DNA of 53,887 nt, taken from IMG/VR virus record IMGVR_UViG_3300017749_000012, positions 1 through 53,887 of that record. The stretch is one strand, 5' to 3'. The position numbers and the translations under genes were made by a program. A model generated the notes under the pieces. The model was given only the letters and a program-made list of their open reading frames with translations, did not search any database and was not told the DNA's origin. Of the stretch, positions 26,933 to 36,178 are shown piece by piece. The DNA comes from a virus (taxonomy: Duplodnaviria > Caudoviricetes). Numbering within the stretch: position 1 is the first letter of the stretch; every line of letters begins with the position of its first letter.

Positions 26933-26943
26933 CTTTATTTATG
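26933..26943 (+). promoter_or_regulatory. Putative TATA box CTTTATTTATG upstream of the protease-capsid operon
   Basis: AT-rich box in a short intergenic gap, about 28 nt before the GTG at 26972. Confidence 0.5.
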
Positions 26944-26959
26944 TAGGTGAGCACAGCAA

Positions 26960-28333
26960 GTGGTGAACAGTGTGTTACTCCGAAGCCGACAGCCGGACAG
27001 CCTCTCCCTCCTCAAAGGGAGCAACGACCTCGTGGTCGCAGGCTATGCCAGTGTCGAGTTGGTGGACAAACAGGGGGATTTGATTACTCGTTCGGCCTTG
27101 AAAGACGCTTTCAAGAAGTTCATGGCCGACCCAAAATATCGAAATGTGCAACTCGCGCACTCGAACATTCAGGTAGGGGAAGTCGTTCCGCAATACACAG
27201 ACAGTGAAGGGAGGTTTTGGAAGAGCGAAGTTGATGACGCCGGAATGTTCGTCGTAGTTCAACTCAGAAATGACATCGAAAAGGCACGAGAAGTGGCAGC
27301 CGAAGTCAGGAAGGGTAACTTAGCGGGATTCAGCATCGGAGGACAAGCATTCAAGCGAGTTCGAAAACACGATAGCAGCCACGGCAACTACCAAGAAATC
27401 AGCAAACTCGAACTTCACGAAATCACAATCTGCGAAAAAGGAATCAACCCCGAAGCAACATTCAAAATTCTGAAAGAAGACAAACAGGAGATGAAAAAAA
27501 TGACTGACGACGTTATGGAACAAATGAACACAGTGCTCGAGCGCCTTGAAGGTCGCCTCGACTCGATGGAAAAGGGAATGCCCCCTCAATTCGAGAAGAA
27601 GAATAAGAAAGAGGAAGAGGACATGCCCGAGAAAAAGAAGGACATGCCCGAGAAGGCCTACAAGGCCGATGACGAAGAGGAGAAGAAGGACGAGAAGAAG
27701 AAGTCCGAGTTCTCCGATGTCATCACCGCCGAATACCTCGACTGGATGGAGCACACCCTCAAGTCCGCTGGTGTGGACACTGACGGTGCTCGCGCCCACT
27801 TCGATGGTATCGCTAAGGCGAACCTCGGCTCCACGCCTGAGGAACTCTCTGACTACGATACTCGCTTCGCTGCTCAGGTCAAGGGACGCGCCCAAGAAGG
27901 CGGCTCCCCATCCACCAACGCTCTTTCCCGCGCTGGTCTTTCCAGCGGTGGCAAAGTCAGCAAGTCTGACTTCGTCACCAGCGTCGACTCTGTCTCTGTG
28001 GAGCACGCTTACGAAGTCTTCAAGGCCGCCAAGCAGGAAGAAGAACTGCGCAAGGCCATGGAGAACAACTTCGAGTCGCGCTACACCAACGAGCGCACTG
28101 AAGAGATTACCAAGGCTCAGGCTCAAGCGTTTGACGCTCGCGGCCCTCTTGACAAGGTCATGAAGGCCCTCGGTGACCTCAATGAGCGCATCGACAACAT
28201 CGGTTCCGTGGAATCCACGACCATCGCAAAGTCTGCTTCCCCCGCAGTTGAGGTGCCTTCTACGGCTGACCTCGCCAACATGTCGTGGGAAGAGGTTCAC
28301 CAACTCGCCGGAGGTCTGTTCCGCGACGAGTGA
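26960..28333 (+). CDS. HK97-type prohead protease fused to a C-terminal scaffold domain (start may be GTG 26972)
   Basis: VVAGYASVELVDKQGD, LAHSN (His), GFSIGG (Ser), EITICEKGINPEA; E/K-rich coiled-coil C-terminal half. Confidence 0.92.
   Translation: MVNSVLLRSRQPDSLSLLKGSNDLVVAGYASVELVDKQGDLITRSALKDAFKKFMADPKYRNVQLAHSNIQVGEVVPQYTDSEGRFWKSEVDDAGMFVVVQLRNDIEKAREVAAEVRKGNLAGFSIGGQAFKRVRKHDSSHGNYQEISKLELHEITICEKGINPEATFKILKEDKQEMKKMTDDVMEQMNTVLERLEGRLDSMEKGMPPQFEKKNKKEEEDMPEKKKDMPEKAYKADDEEEKKDEKKKSEFSDVITAEYLDWMEHTLKSAGVDTDGARAHFDGIAKANLGSTPEELSDYDTRFAAQVKGRAQEGGSPSTNALSRAGLSSGGKVSKSDFVTSVDSVSVEHAYEVFKAAKQEEELRKAMENNFESRYTNERTEEITKAQAQAFDARGPLDKVMKALGDLNERIDNIGSVESTTIAKSASPAVEVPSTADLANMSWEEVHQLAGGLFRDE
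27500..28333 (+). CDS. Putative separately translated scaffolding protein (internal in-frame start)
   Basis: AGGAGATGAAAAAAATG at 27486-27502 is nearly identical to the capsid gene RBS AGGAGATGAAAAAATG; codon usage appears to shift to capsid-like C/G-ending codons downstream. Confidence 0.55.
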   Translation: MTDDVMEQMNTVLERLEGRLDSMEKGMPPQFEKKNKKEEEDMPEKKKDMPEKAYKADDEEEKKDEKKKSEFSDVITAEYLDWMEHTLKSAGVDTDGARAHFDGIAKANLGSTPEELSDYDTRFAAQVKGRAQEGGSPSTNALSRAGLSSGGKVSKSDFVTSVDSVSVEHAYEVFKAAKQEEELRKAMENNFESRYTNERTEEITKAQAQAFDARGPLDKVMKALGDLNERIDNIGSVESTTIAKSASPAVEVPSTADLANMSWEEVHQLAGGLFRDE

Positions 28334-28374
28334 GCCTCGAGCAGACGCAAATTGAAAATTAAGGAGATGAAAAA

Positions 28375-29550
28375 ATGGCACGAAACTACGTTCGCACAGT
28401 TACTGACATGGAGCGCTACTACTATGGCGCAGGCAATGCAATGGGCTACTCATACACTGGCTCAGAACTTTTGAAGGCTGACAGCCCAATGCTGTCCACG
28501 ACGGCTGGGACCTACCAAGCCATCTACGGACGCAAGGTGTGGAGTCAACTCAACCAAGAGTTCAACGCCTTCTCGATTCTTCCAAAGCGCCCATGGGAGC
28601 GCAGCGGATGGCGAGTCATCACGGATAAGCCAAACGCAGGTGTTATCCACGGTGGAATTGCAGAAAACGGCACGCTGCCTGAAACTGTCAAGCCAACCTT
28701 CCAGCACGTTGCTGCAAAGCCCAAGACCATCGCGCACACCTTTGACGTGAGCGAAGTCTCGGTCTTCTTGTCCGACAAGGACGACGGCCTCGGTGACATG
28801 CGCTCAGTCCTCAAGGAGGAAATGGGCAAGCACCACGCTGAGATGGTCAACAAGATGCTCCTCACGGACTCTGAGACGGTCGCAGGCAACAACTTCGAGT
28901 CTCTCGACCGCATCACCGGCAACGACGGTGGCGCCTCCGGTGGCCTCACCTCCATGGAAACCGGTGCCTCTGCAGGAACCGACCACTGTGGTGCATCAGA
29001 CCTCGACATCTACAGCATCGACCGTGACGCCAACTCATGGTCCAACGCTGTGGTCAACTGCGGTTCTGACCGTGCAGCGGGCAACCAGCGTGTCATGTCC
29101 CTCGACCAACTGGACGACGTGTTCCAGCGCATGTGGGAACTTGGTGGCAACCCCAAGGTCATCCTGACGGGTTACGACACCTTGATGCGACTCCAGCAAC
29201 TCTTGCAGGCGCAGCAGCGCTTCATGGAAGAGAAGCGGGTTACCCCCACCTACAACGGTGTCAAGGGTGTCCCCGGCATCGAAGCCGGGTTCATCGTCGC
29301 CACCTACAACGGTGTGCCCATCATTCCCTCCAAGGACGTCGTGAAGGACGGCATCAGCCGCATGTATTTCCTTGACACGGATTACCTCTACTTCTCCACG
29401 GCTATCCCGACTCAATACTTCGAGTCCGGTATCGAGACCGGCGACCCCTTCGCCATCAACCGTCTCGGTCAGGAAGGTCTCTTCAGGACCATGGGCGAAG
29501 TCTGGACCACCTTCTTCCGCGCACAAGGGAGCATTCGTGACCTCAAGTGA
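28375..29550 (+). CDS. Major capsid protein (HK97 fold)
   Basis: Follows the protease; strong codon bias; AIYGRKVW..N.E, TYNGVPIIPS, YFLDTD, GLFRTMGE; N-terminal ELLK34|ADS candidate maturation site. Confidence 0.92.
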   Translation: MARNYVRTVTDMERYYYGAGNAMGYSYTGSELLKADSPMLSTTAGTYQAIYGRKVWSQLNQEFNAFSILPKRPWERSGWRVITDKPNAGVIHGGIAENGTLPETVKPTFQHVAAKPKTIAHTFDVSEVSVFLSDKDDGLGDMRSVLKEEMGKHHAEMVNKMLLTDSETVAGNNFESLDRITGNDGGASGGLTSMETGASAGTDHCGASDLDIYSIDRDANSWSNAVVNCGSDRAAGNQRVMSLDQLDDVFQRMWELGGNPKVILTGYDTLMRLQQLLQAQQRFMEEKRVTPTYNGVKGVPGIEAGFIVATYNGVPIIPSKDVVKDGISRMYFLDTDYLYFSTAIPTQYFESGIETGDPFAINRLGQEGLFRTMGEVWTTFFRAQGSIRDLK

Positions 29551-29584
29551 TGGAGACAAAAAAGAACATAGGAGATGATTAAGA

Positions 29585-30007
29585 ATGGCAGTTACATTTA
29601 CACGAACGACTGGAGCAGGCGGCATTATGGCCGTTGACTTTGAATTGGACCTTTACGCGGGGGCTCTCGTGGACGGAACTCGATGGCTCGATGGTGCGGC
29701 TGGCGCAAGCGGCGCATACCCCGGTTCCATCACCGGTTTCCAAGCCACCAATGATGATACGACCAACACGGCAGGCCGTGGGCTCAAACTCATCATGGGT
29801 GTCATGACTCTCGTGCAGAACTCCAACGTCTTCACCGTCGGTGGAGATGCGGACACGATTCACGGAATGGTCGTTGGCGGCTCTGGTGTCGCTGGAAAGT
29901 CCCTCACCTGCACCACTGACTTCAGTGGCGCTGGAAGCGCAACCGCAACCATGCTCGCAGAAGGAACGCTCGACAACCGCACGCTGTTCATGGCCATTGT
30001 GTCCTGA
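29585..30007 (+). CDS. Small structural protein (candidate capsid decoration)
   Basis: GGAGATGA SD; G/T/A-rich beta-type sequence directly after the capsid gene. Confidence 0.65.
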   Translation: MAVTFTRTTGAGGIMAVDFELDLYAGALVDGTRWLDGAAGASGAYPGSITGFQATNDDTTNTAGRGLKLIMGVMTLVQNSNVFTVGGDADTIHGMVVGGSGVAGKSLTCTTDFSGAGSATATMLAEGTLDNRTLFMAIVS

Positions 30008-30018
30008 GGTGAGCATTC

Positions 30019-30420
30019 GTGCCCACTGTGACCTACATTGGACGCTCGCACGTTCGTCGTGCGACGGACCCTACCATGCGCGACTGGGAGCAAAACAGAC
30101 CAGTCGACGTCACCTCGGCTTGGCTCGACCACTACGGTGCGCGACTTGGTCCTGAGAACTTCCGCATCGAGGGCTGGACCCTAACCGAAGCAGAAGAGCG
30201 AACTGTGGACCAAGGCAGCGACGGCATCCCCGACAAGGGTTGGAACAAGAAGGACATTGCCACTTGGCTTGCCTCCTACAACCTCAAGCCGTCAGGCTAT
30301 GCCACCAAAACTCAACTCCTCGATATCGTCGCTACTGTTATGAGTCCCGACGGTGTCGAAGAAACAGCAGAGATTGCTCAAGACATCGCTGCTGAAGAAG
30401 AATCCACAGAGAGTGAGTGA
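30019..30420 (+). CDS. Protein with a C-terminal HeH/SAP-like motif
   Basis: GAGGTGA SD then GTG; WNKKDIATWLASYNL...ATKTQLL. Confidence 0.7.
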   Translation: MPTVTYIGRSHVRRATDPTMRDWEQNRPVDVTSAWLDHYGARLGPENFRIEGWTLTEAEERTVDQGSDGIPDKGWNKKDIATWLASYNLKPSGYATKTQLLDIVATVMSPDGVEETAEIAQDIAAEEESTESE

Positions 30421-30422
30421 AC

Positions 30423-30731
30423 ATGGCAGTGACTATTGACCCCCGACCAACCTACTTTGGCGACCGCATGATTGTGACCGGCTCTTATGAGGCTGGAGAC
30501 ACCAGCATCGTTCTTGGCGACATCCTCGCGAGCGTTGACGCATTCATCCTGAACCCGTCTTCAGCCGTCGGCCAAGTGGTTGACACGACGCCCGCTGACG
30601 ACGGTGGCACTCCCGGCACCCTGAATCTCTTGGACGTCGCGACCGTCGATGGCACGACTGTGACCATCGCTGGGGCTGCGTCAGGAACCACTGTTGCTGG
30701 CACTTTCCTCGCTATCGGTCGCCGCTCCTGA
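30423..30731 (+). CDS. Small structural protein
   Basis: MAVTIDPRPTYFGDRMIVTG; T/G/A-rich; head-completion context. Confidence 0.7.
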   Translation: MAVTIDPRPTYFGDRMIVTGSYEAGDTSIVLGDILASVDAFILNPSSAVGQVVDTTPADDGGTPGTLNLLDVATVDGTTVTIAGAASGTTVAGTFLAIGRRS

Positions 30732-30744
30732 AGGCGGTGATTGA

Positions 30745-30918
30745 ATGGCAAAGTCCGTGACCATCCTTGGCCCTTACCCGCCAAAGGACTTCGCAGATAG
30801 CACAGCGAGAACCGCTATTGCCACAGAAATTAGCACCGCTATCGGTAGCAATACTTGTGTGTCGGCTGACCCACACGTTGTGTTGGGAAATGTCTACATC
30901 ATCGTGACCACCAGTTGA
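30745..30918 (+). CDS. 57-aa small protein missing from the ORF track
   Basis: GCGGTGA SD, ATG at 30745, MAKSVTILGPYPPKDF...VYIIVTTS*; fills the gap between neighbours. Confidence 0.65.
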   Translation: MAKSVTILGPYPPKDFADSTARTAIATEISTAIGSNTCVSADPHVVLGNVYIIVTTS

Positions 30919-30933
30919 GTGTGAGGGAGATGA

Positions 30934-31233
30934 ATGGGCTTCGACTTGTCTGCAATTGACTTCGATGACATCAGTCGTTTTCAAAAGCAAGGTGTTCGCT
31001 CGGACATCACCATTGACCAATCCGCCTTTGTGGACCCTGAGAACCCTCTCAAGGGAGTCGTCAAAGAACAACGTAACCGCAATAGAGATGCTTCTGACGT
31101 CTTGAACATCGGGTCAGGCACTCGCTGTCAGCACTGTGGTATGTTGCATTTTCTATGGCGTGAGAACTGCGGCTCCTGCGGCAAGCCCATGGAGTATAAT
31201 CTCGCCAGTCGAAGTGAGGAGGCTCGAGAGTAA
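30934..31233 (+). CDS. Zn-ribbon protein
   Basis: GGAGATGA SD; CQHCG..CGSCG. Confidence 0.7.
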   Translation: MGFDLSAIDFDDISRFQKQGVRSDITIDQSAFVDPENPLKGVVKEQRNRNRDASDVLNIGSGTRCQHCGMLHFLWRENCGSCGKPMEYNLASRSEEARE

Positions 31234-32837
31234 TGCCGATGGTGTTCAACCCCGGTGAGAGTGAGACTCGACCGCTCGACCCCAGCGCTACAGTCTACAC
31301 GACGCCGCAGAAGGTCGCTGATTACCTCGGTATCGGACCTCAAGAGCCAGTGGCTGCGTCTGCTGACTCTGTGAGCGACGGTGTGTTCATCACTGGTGAA
31401 GACTACCGCCGTTGCGGCACTGAGGTTGGCGATACTATCCTCATCTACAGCGATGCCAATCCTCTCGGCGTTGAAAAGGAGATTACAGCCATCACCAACG
31501 GCGGTGCCAGTGGCGTTAAGTTGGCTTTCACCGGCTCTTTCACACACGCTGATTTCGAGGCGGCTGACGACACCTACGTTCAGAACCTCGCTTCGTTCAC
31601 CAACGCCAAGGTTGGTCGGCAGCGTGGCGTTACCAAGGCCATCGTGCAGAACCGTATTCGGGAAGTGCAGGACAAAATTGACAACATCACTCACAATGCT
31701 TGGCGGCCCTACCTCGTCAGTGCCGAATACATCAACTTCGACACCTACAAGCCCTATCGACGTCGTTACTACACCGATTACGTTGGGACGACACCACTCT
31801 TATTTCGCAACGTGCAGCAGATTCTGCGCCTTGAACTATGGCAGGGTGACGACTATCGTGAGATTTGCGGCGCCGAGGCTCGCATTCAAATTCCGACGGA
31901 CGTGCGTTCTATCAGTGGCTCCATCGTGTTTTCTCCCGGCAACGGCACTGCTGCTGTTTTGACTGCACAGAAGAACTTTGATGCCACGACCACCACCACC
32001 AAGTGGCGCACGGATTTTGATGCCACGACCACAGCACAGAACCTTGCTGACCTCATCAACAAGGAAGATAGAGTGAACAAGGCTGCTGTCGACTTTTCAC
32101 CTGCCTTCACCCTCGAAGGCTCCACATCGAACGTTGCCATCCACAACGAGTTTTTCGCTTCTGCCAATGCAGACTACGGGACTGGCGTTGTGAAGGTCAG
32201 CAGCATGCGACCTGTGAAAGCAGGTGAGACATGCAGCGTTGTGTGCACTGACAGCAGCGTTGCCATTTCACAGACTAAGCGTAACACGGCCACTATAACG
32301 GGCACAAGCGGTGATTTTGGTTCAGCCGCCACTGGCGTTGTCACGATTGCTGACACTGAAGGATTCGCAAAAGCAGGCGTGTTCAGTGACAACACCAACG
32401 TTATTCGATACACTGGGGTGACTTCTACTACATTCACAGGCTGCGAAGCAGTCGTAGGAAGCGCCCCCAGTGGCGATATCATCCAAGACCTACTGCAAGT
32501 TGACCTGCATGGCGGTAGTGCCAGTGGTGACAACGCTCGTCTCAAGGATTGGTGGATGGATTACGAAATGGGCATCATCTACTTCAACAACTCTTATCCA
32601 TTCTTTGAATGGAATGCCGTCAAGGTGTCCTACATCTATGGAGAGCGCTATCTTGAGAAAGCCATCGAAGAGACTGCTACGAAGATGGTCGTCATCGACC
32701 TCCTGATGTCAGATGACCGCACTGTCCTCCTACCCGAAGGCACAAGCAACATTGACATCACCGCTAAGGTGCAACTCCTGCAAGGTGAAATCGACAGGAT
32801 TTTGCCGCGCTATCAGGAAATGGTGCTCTTTGAGTGA
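31233..32837 (+). CDS. Head-tail adaptor/connector-like protein with inserted beta domains
   Basis: YTTPQKVADYLG at the N-terminus, VKVSYIYG and IEETATKMVVIDLL at the C-terminus (gp6/gp15-like); 534 aa implies insertions. Confidence 0.65.
   Translation: MPMVFNPGESETRPLDPSATVYTTPQKVADYLGIGPQEPVAASADSVSDGVFITGEDYRRCGTEVGDTILIYSDANPLGVEKEITAITNGGASGVKLAFTGSFTHADFEAADDTYVQNLASFTNAKVGRQRGVTKAIVQNRIREVQDKIDNITHNAWRPYLVSAEYINFDTYKPYRRRYYTDYVGTTPLLFRNVQQILRLELWQGDDYREICGAEARIQIPTDVRSISGSIVFSPGNGTAAVLTAQKNFDATTTTTKWRTDFDATTTAQNLADLINKEDRVNKAAVDFSPAFTLEGSTSNVAIHNEFFASANADYGTGVVKVSSMRPVKAGETCSVVCTDSSVAISQTKRNTATITGTSGDFGSAATGVVTIADTEGFAKAGVFSDNTNVIRYTGVTSTTFTGCEAVVGSAPSGDIIQDLLQVDLHGGSASGDNARLKDWWMDYEMGIIYFNNSYPFFEWNAVKVSYIYGERYLEKAIEETATKMVVIDLLMSDDRTVLLPEGTSNIDITAKVQLLQGEIDRILPRYQEMVLFE
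31977..32032 (+). repeat. 17-bp direct repeat TTTGATGCCACGACCAC (39-bp period)
   Basis: Copies at 31977 and 32016; encodes FDATT twice. Confidence 0.8.
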
Positions 32838-33187
32838 TGCTGATGGTCAAGACGGAGGTTGACGAGTTCCTTTTGGAGCACTTAACCGAAGCAATGCTTG
32901 ACCCCACGAGGCAGGAAGAACTCAAACAGGTCGTTACTCAGACGCCCGAGGCTTTTCGACGTTTGGTCGAGCAACGCGAACTGGCTATGGAGGGTATCAC
33001 TCGAAACGAGTCAGGTGCATTTGAGCAGCAAGGAAGAGAGCCCGACCCCAGCACTCTTAAGGCAGCATTAGATAGGGTGGACAAGCGGATGCTGGTTGAG
33101 TCTCCCGCCCTCGTGACCTACAAGTTGCGACTTAGTGGCGGAAACCTCGTGCCGGACGCTGCTGCATACAAGCGGGAGGTGGAGTGA
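32837..33187 (+). CDS. Hypothetical protein (head/tail completion region)
   Basis: TGATG coupling on both sides. Confidence 0.65.
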   Translation: MLMVKTEVDEFLLEHLTEAMLDPTRQEELKQVVTQTPEAFRRLVEQRELAMEGITRNESGAFEQQGREPDPSTLKAALDRVDKRMLVESPALVTYKLRLSGGNLVPDAAAYKREVE

Positions 33188-33633
33188 TGGTCGCAACATT
33201 TGCTGAAGGACTGGACTCCGTCATCGCGGCGCTTGGCGACTGGAATCGCGCTAACACGAGCAACATCAAGCCCATCATTGCTGACATCGCTACGCTCAGC
33301 CCTGAGCGAGGTAAGCGTATCGACATGAAGAAATCGGACTACATCATGTGCTACGAGACTGCGCATAACGAAGAAGCACCCGAAATCCTCTACGACTTCG
33401 TGACAACGCGCATCAACATCACGGTTGACGTGCGCACAACGAAGTCACGTAAGCACCTACAGGCGATGGAAAACGAGGTGCGTCGCCTCATTCATCTCAA
33501 GCGAAAGGGGGATGGTGTCGCTTTCGACCGCCTCGTGTTCAAGACCCGAACCGACCTTTCTGATAGAACCAAGAATTTGTTCCGCATGACCTTTCAAATC
33601 GAGGTTGTTATATTCGCGGAACTCGTGCCATAA
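33187..33633 (+). CDS. Putative tail terminator / tail completion protein
   Basis: About 148 aa directly before the tail tube; INITVDVRT...FRMTFQIEV beta pattern; GGAGGTGG SD. Confidence 0.6.
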   Translation: MVATFAEGLDSVIAALGDWNRANTSNIKPIIADIATLSPERGKRIDMKKSDYIMCYETAHNEEAPEILYDFVTTRINITVDVRTTKSRKHLQAMENEVRRLIHLKRKGDGVAFDRLVFKTRTDLSDRTKNLFRMTFQIEVVIFAELVP

Positions 33634-33644
33634 GGTGAGCGAAC

Positions 33645-35621
33645 ATGCCGTCGACAGTCTACAAGGGAGATTTGACCGAGATTTCGTTCGGTCACGAGAC
33701 AGGATTGGAACTTCCTCACCATTACGATGCGTCCAATTCGTTCACTTTCACGCATCAGTCCACTGATGCCGCTGCGGGCACGAGCACCATTCGTCTTGCG
33801 GGTGGTGCGGCCAACACGCCTGTTGAATCAGGAGTGCTCCAACTGCCTCGGGGTATGCTCGTCGGCGTCAAACTCAGCATCATCGGTGGGACGAATTTCA
33901 CCTTGGATGACGCTACCTCGACCGGTAAGGTGTTCACCGTTGTTGAACATCAACCAACTGCTACTGAGACTGATTTCGTCGTGACGCCTGCGCTCAAGGA
34001 GGCTACTTCTACGACCAGTGGCACCAATGATGCACTCCACTTCCACTCTTTCACGTTGCCTTCCGTTGATGTTGGAATGGGTTACCACGATACCGCTGGC
34101 ACGTCAAGTGAGTCAGTCTTGACCGACCAATTCCTCGGGCTTGCTGCTACGGTGACGCTGCCTGAGACGAAAGTCGACCTCAAGCGTTACCATGTCGTCG
34201 GCCTCGGTCGTGACGTGGCCGTGCAAGTGCCGGGGCGCCTCATCAACGAAGGCGGCTCCTTCGAAGTCAACATGCACAACCCTCGGTGGCTCTACTACTG
34301 CCTCGGTATGGAGGCGGTGGATGTTGGCGCGACCTACGACGCCCTGCTTAACACGGACAACGATTTCAAACTGACCGCTGCTACGAAAGTCGGAGCAACG
34401 ACCATCACCTACGACGGAAGCAACGCGCCCCCAAACTGGGGTAGCGCTGGTGCAGACCCTGTTGTCGCTGGTGACTATGTCATCATCAAGAACACCATCA
34501 ACGGCGGTAGTGCTGATGCGAGCGCTGTCGCTGATGTCATCACCTACAACGAAGCGGACGACGCTAACACCTTCGGCGTTGTCGCCAGCCCTGAGACGAC
34601 CTACTTCGACAAGACTGAAACCAGTGAGATTCGTCGCATTGTTGCCATCACCGCTGCCCGCATCTTCCTTGATGACGCATTGTGCTTCCCGCACTCGGAC
34701 AACACCGACATCAAGTTCGCTCGCTTTGCGAGTGACAACGCCACCGGTAGCCCTAACCGTGAGTCGACGGGCAACATTCAGAACCCGGTCAAGCGCCTGC
34801 TTTACTCTCGTAGCACCGTGCCTTCTTTCGCCATGGAAGTCAGCATCCGCCGCCGAGATAGCGATGGTTCAGCCGATGACGTCACCGACGGTGGTGTGAC
34901 CGATACCAAGCAACTTACCCGTGTGTTCCGTGGCTGCAAGGTCAAGGATTTCTCACTCACGGCTGACACGGATGCTGCGCTGCGTCTGAACGTCAACTTC
35001 GACTCGGCCCTATGCTACACTGACACAGGTCGCCTTGAGGCGAGTAAGGGTGACCGCTACAACCCTCACCGCATGTTCGAAGACACGGCGAACACTGATG
35101 CCAAGCGCAAGGAAGCAGGCATCGCCAAGGGCTCGCAGAAGCCCTACATGTTCTACAACGGCACCATTGACCTCGCTGGTGTTCGCATCGGACAGGTCGT
35201 GTCGTTCAACCTCAACGGTAGCACGGGTGTGCAGCAATTCTACACCATCAACGGCGCACCCATCGCTGACAGCGCTACGGACCAAGTTCCTCACGCTGGC
35301 TCTCGTAACGCCTCCATCGCCGTTGAGGGCAAGACGGAATACATGATGGACATGGAAATCATCGTCGACGACCCTGTGTTCTACCACCACATGCGCCGTG
35401 CTGTGGACTTCAGCGCAACGACTGCCAACATGATTCGTCTTTCATTCACCAAGCAGGGCAGCGGTGCTACTCGTGAGCGCATCGACATCTTGCTTGACGA
35501 CTACGTCATCACCGAGGCGCCGCTCCCCATCCCTGAGGATAAAGGACCAATTCGCGCTGCTCTCAAGGTGATGCCAAAAGCCATGCGTGTCATTTCCACC
35601 GACACGTTGTTCCATTGTTGA
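33645..35621 (+). CDS. Major tail tube protein with inserted decoration domains
   Basis: ISFGHET, GGSFEVN..WLYYCLG, PSFAMEV, RVFRGCKVKDFSL, PYMFYNGTI are tail-tube-like segments; strong codon bias; GGTGA SD. Confidence 0.75.
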   Translation: MPSTVYKGDLTEISFGHETGLELPHHYDASNSFTFTHQSTDAAAGTSTIRLAGGAANTPVESGVLQLPRGMLVGVKLSIIGGTNFTLDDATSTGKVFTVVEHQPTATETDFVVTPALKEATSTTSGTNDALHFHSFTLPSVDVGMGYHDTAGTSSESVLTDQFLGLAATVTLPETKVDLKRYHVVGLGRDVAVQVPGRLINEGGSFEVNMHNPRWLYYCLGMEAVDVGATYDALLNTDNDFKLTAATKVGATTITYDGSNAPPNWGSAGADPVVAGDYVIIKNTINGGSADASAVADVITYNEADDANTFGVVASPETTYFDKTETSEIRRIVAITAARIFLDDALCFPHSDNTDIKFARFASDNATGSPNRESTGNIQNPVKRLLYSRSTVPSFAMEVSIRRRDSDGSADDVTDGGVTDTKQLTRVFRGCKVKDFSLTADTDAALRLNVNFDSALCYTDTGRLEASKGDRYNPHRMFEDTANTDAKRKEAGIAKGSQKPYMFYNGTIDLAGVRIGQVVSFNLNGSTGVQQFYTINGAPIADSATDQVPHAGSRNASIAVEGKTEYMMDMEIIVDDPVFYHHMRRAVDFSATTANMIRLSFTKQGSGATRERIDILLDDYVITEAPLPIPEDKGPIRAALKVMPKAMRVISTDTLFHC

Positions 35622-35632
35622 GGTGACCAAGA

Positions 35633-36178
35633 ATGCCAACGCCAGCCGAATCTGTCTATCACTACCGCCGTAAAAGTAGGGAAGCGTATGCTGTTTGGTT
35701 CGGTAAGCAACTTGGTCTAACCAGTGAAGAATCCCGCTCAGCAGCCACGGTTGGCGTGCGAAAGAGTATCGAAGCAGAACTGCGTCGCATCTCAGTAGCC
35801 AAGGTGGATGCCGCCGCCGAAGAATCTCACGAAGAGGAAGAGGCAGTTGTCTCCGAAGAAACTGAGCGGGTTGAAGACATCCCCAACAGCGAGGACTTCC
35901 CTGCCGACCTCTCTTACGATGCCATGACGCTTGCCGAACTCCGTGAGGAGTGCGTCGCTCGAGGCTTGCCAGTCTCAGGCACCAAGGCCCAACTGGCCCT
36001 CCGTCTCAAGCGAGACGACGAGGGCATTACCGAGTCCACACCGACGCCGGAAGCCCCCGCTGATGAAGCGGCTGCCGAGGAAGAGGTGGACGCCCCCGCT
36101 GATGAAGCGGCTGCGACCGAGGTGGAGATGAATGCCGAAATTACCGAACAAGAGCCAACTACTGAGACAGACGAATGA
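35633..36178 (+). CDS. Acidic protein with a SAP domain
   Basis: YDAMTLAELREECVARGLPVSGTKAQLALRL is a canonical SAP pattern; GAGGTGA SD. Confidence 0.8.
   Translation: MPTPAESVYHYRRKSREAYAVWFGKQLGLTSEESRSAATVGVRKSIEAELRRISVAKVDAAAEESHEEEEAVVSEETERVEDIPNSEDFPADLSYDAMTLAELREECVARGLPVSGTKAQLALRLKRDDEGITESTPTPEAPADEAAAEEEVDAPADEAAATEVEMNAEITEQEPTTETDE
36053..36114 (+). repeat. 23-bp direct repeat GCCCCCGCTGATGAAGCGGCTGC (39-bp period)
   Basis: Copies at 36053 and 36092; encodes APADEAAA twice. Confidence 0.85.

Noticed and set aside
27320-28381. 353-aa minus-strand ORF
   Set aside because: Antisense shadow of the codon-biased protease-scaffold; Leu/Phe/Val-rich mirror composition and no motifs.
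33645-35621. Tail sheath (myovirus) interpretation of the 658-aa protein
   Set aside because: Motifs fit a tube protein with insertions, and no separate tube or baseplate wedge genes are visible in this window.
31977-36114. Short direct repeats with 39-bp period as CRISPR or DGR elements
   Set aside because: Only two copies each, in frame within coding sequence, with no spacer array, reverse transcriptase or adenine-specific mismatches.
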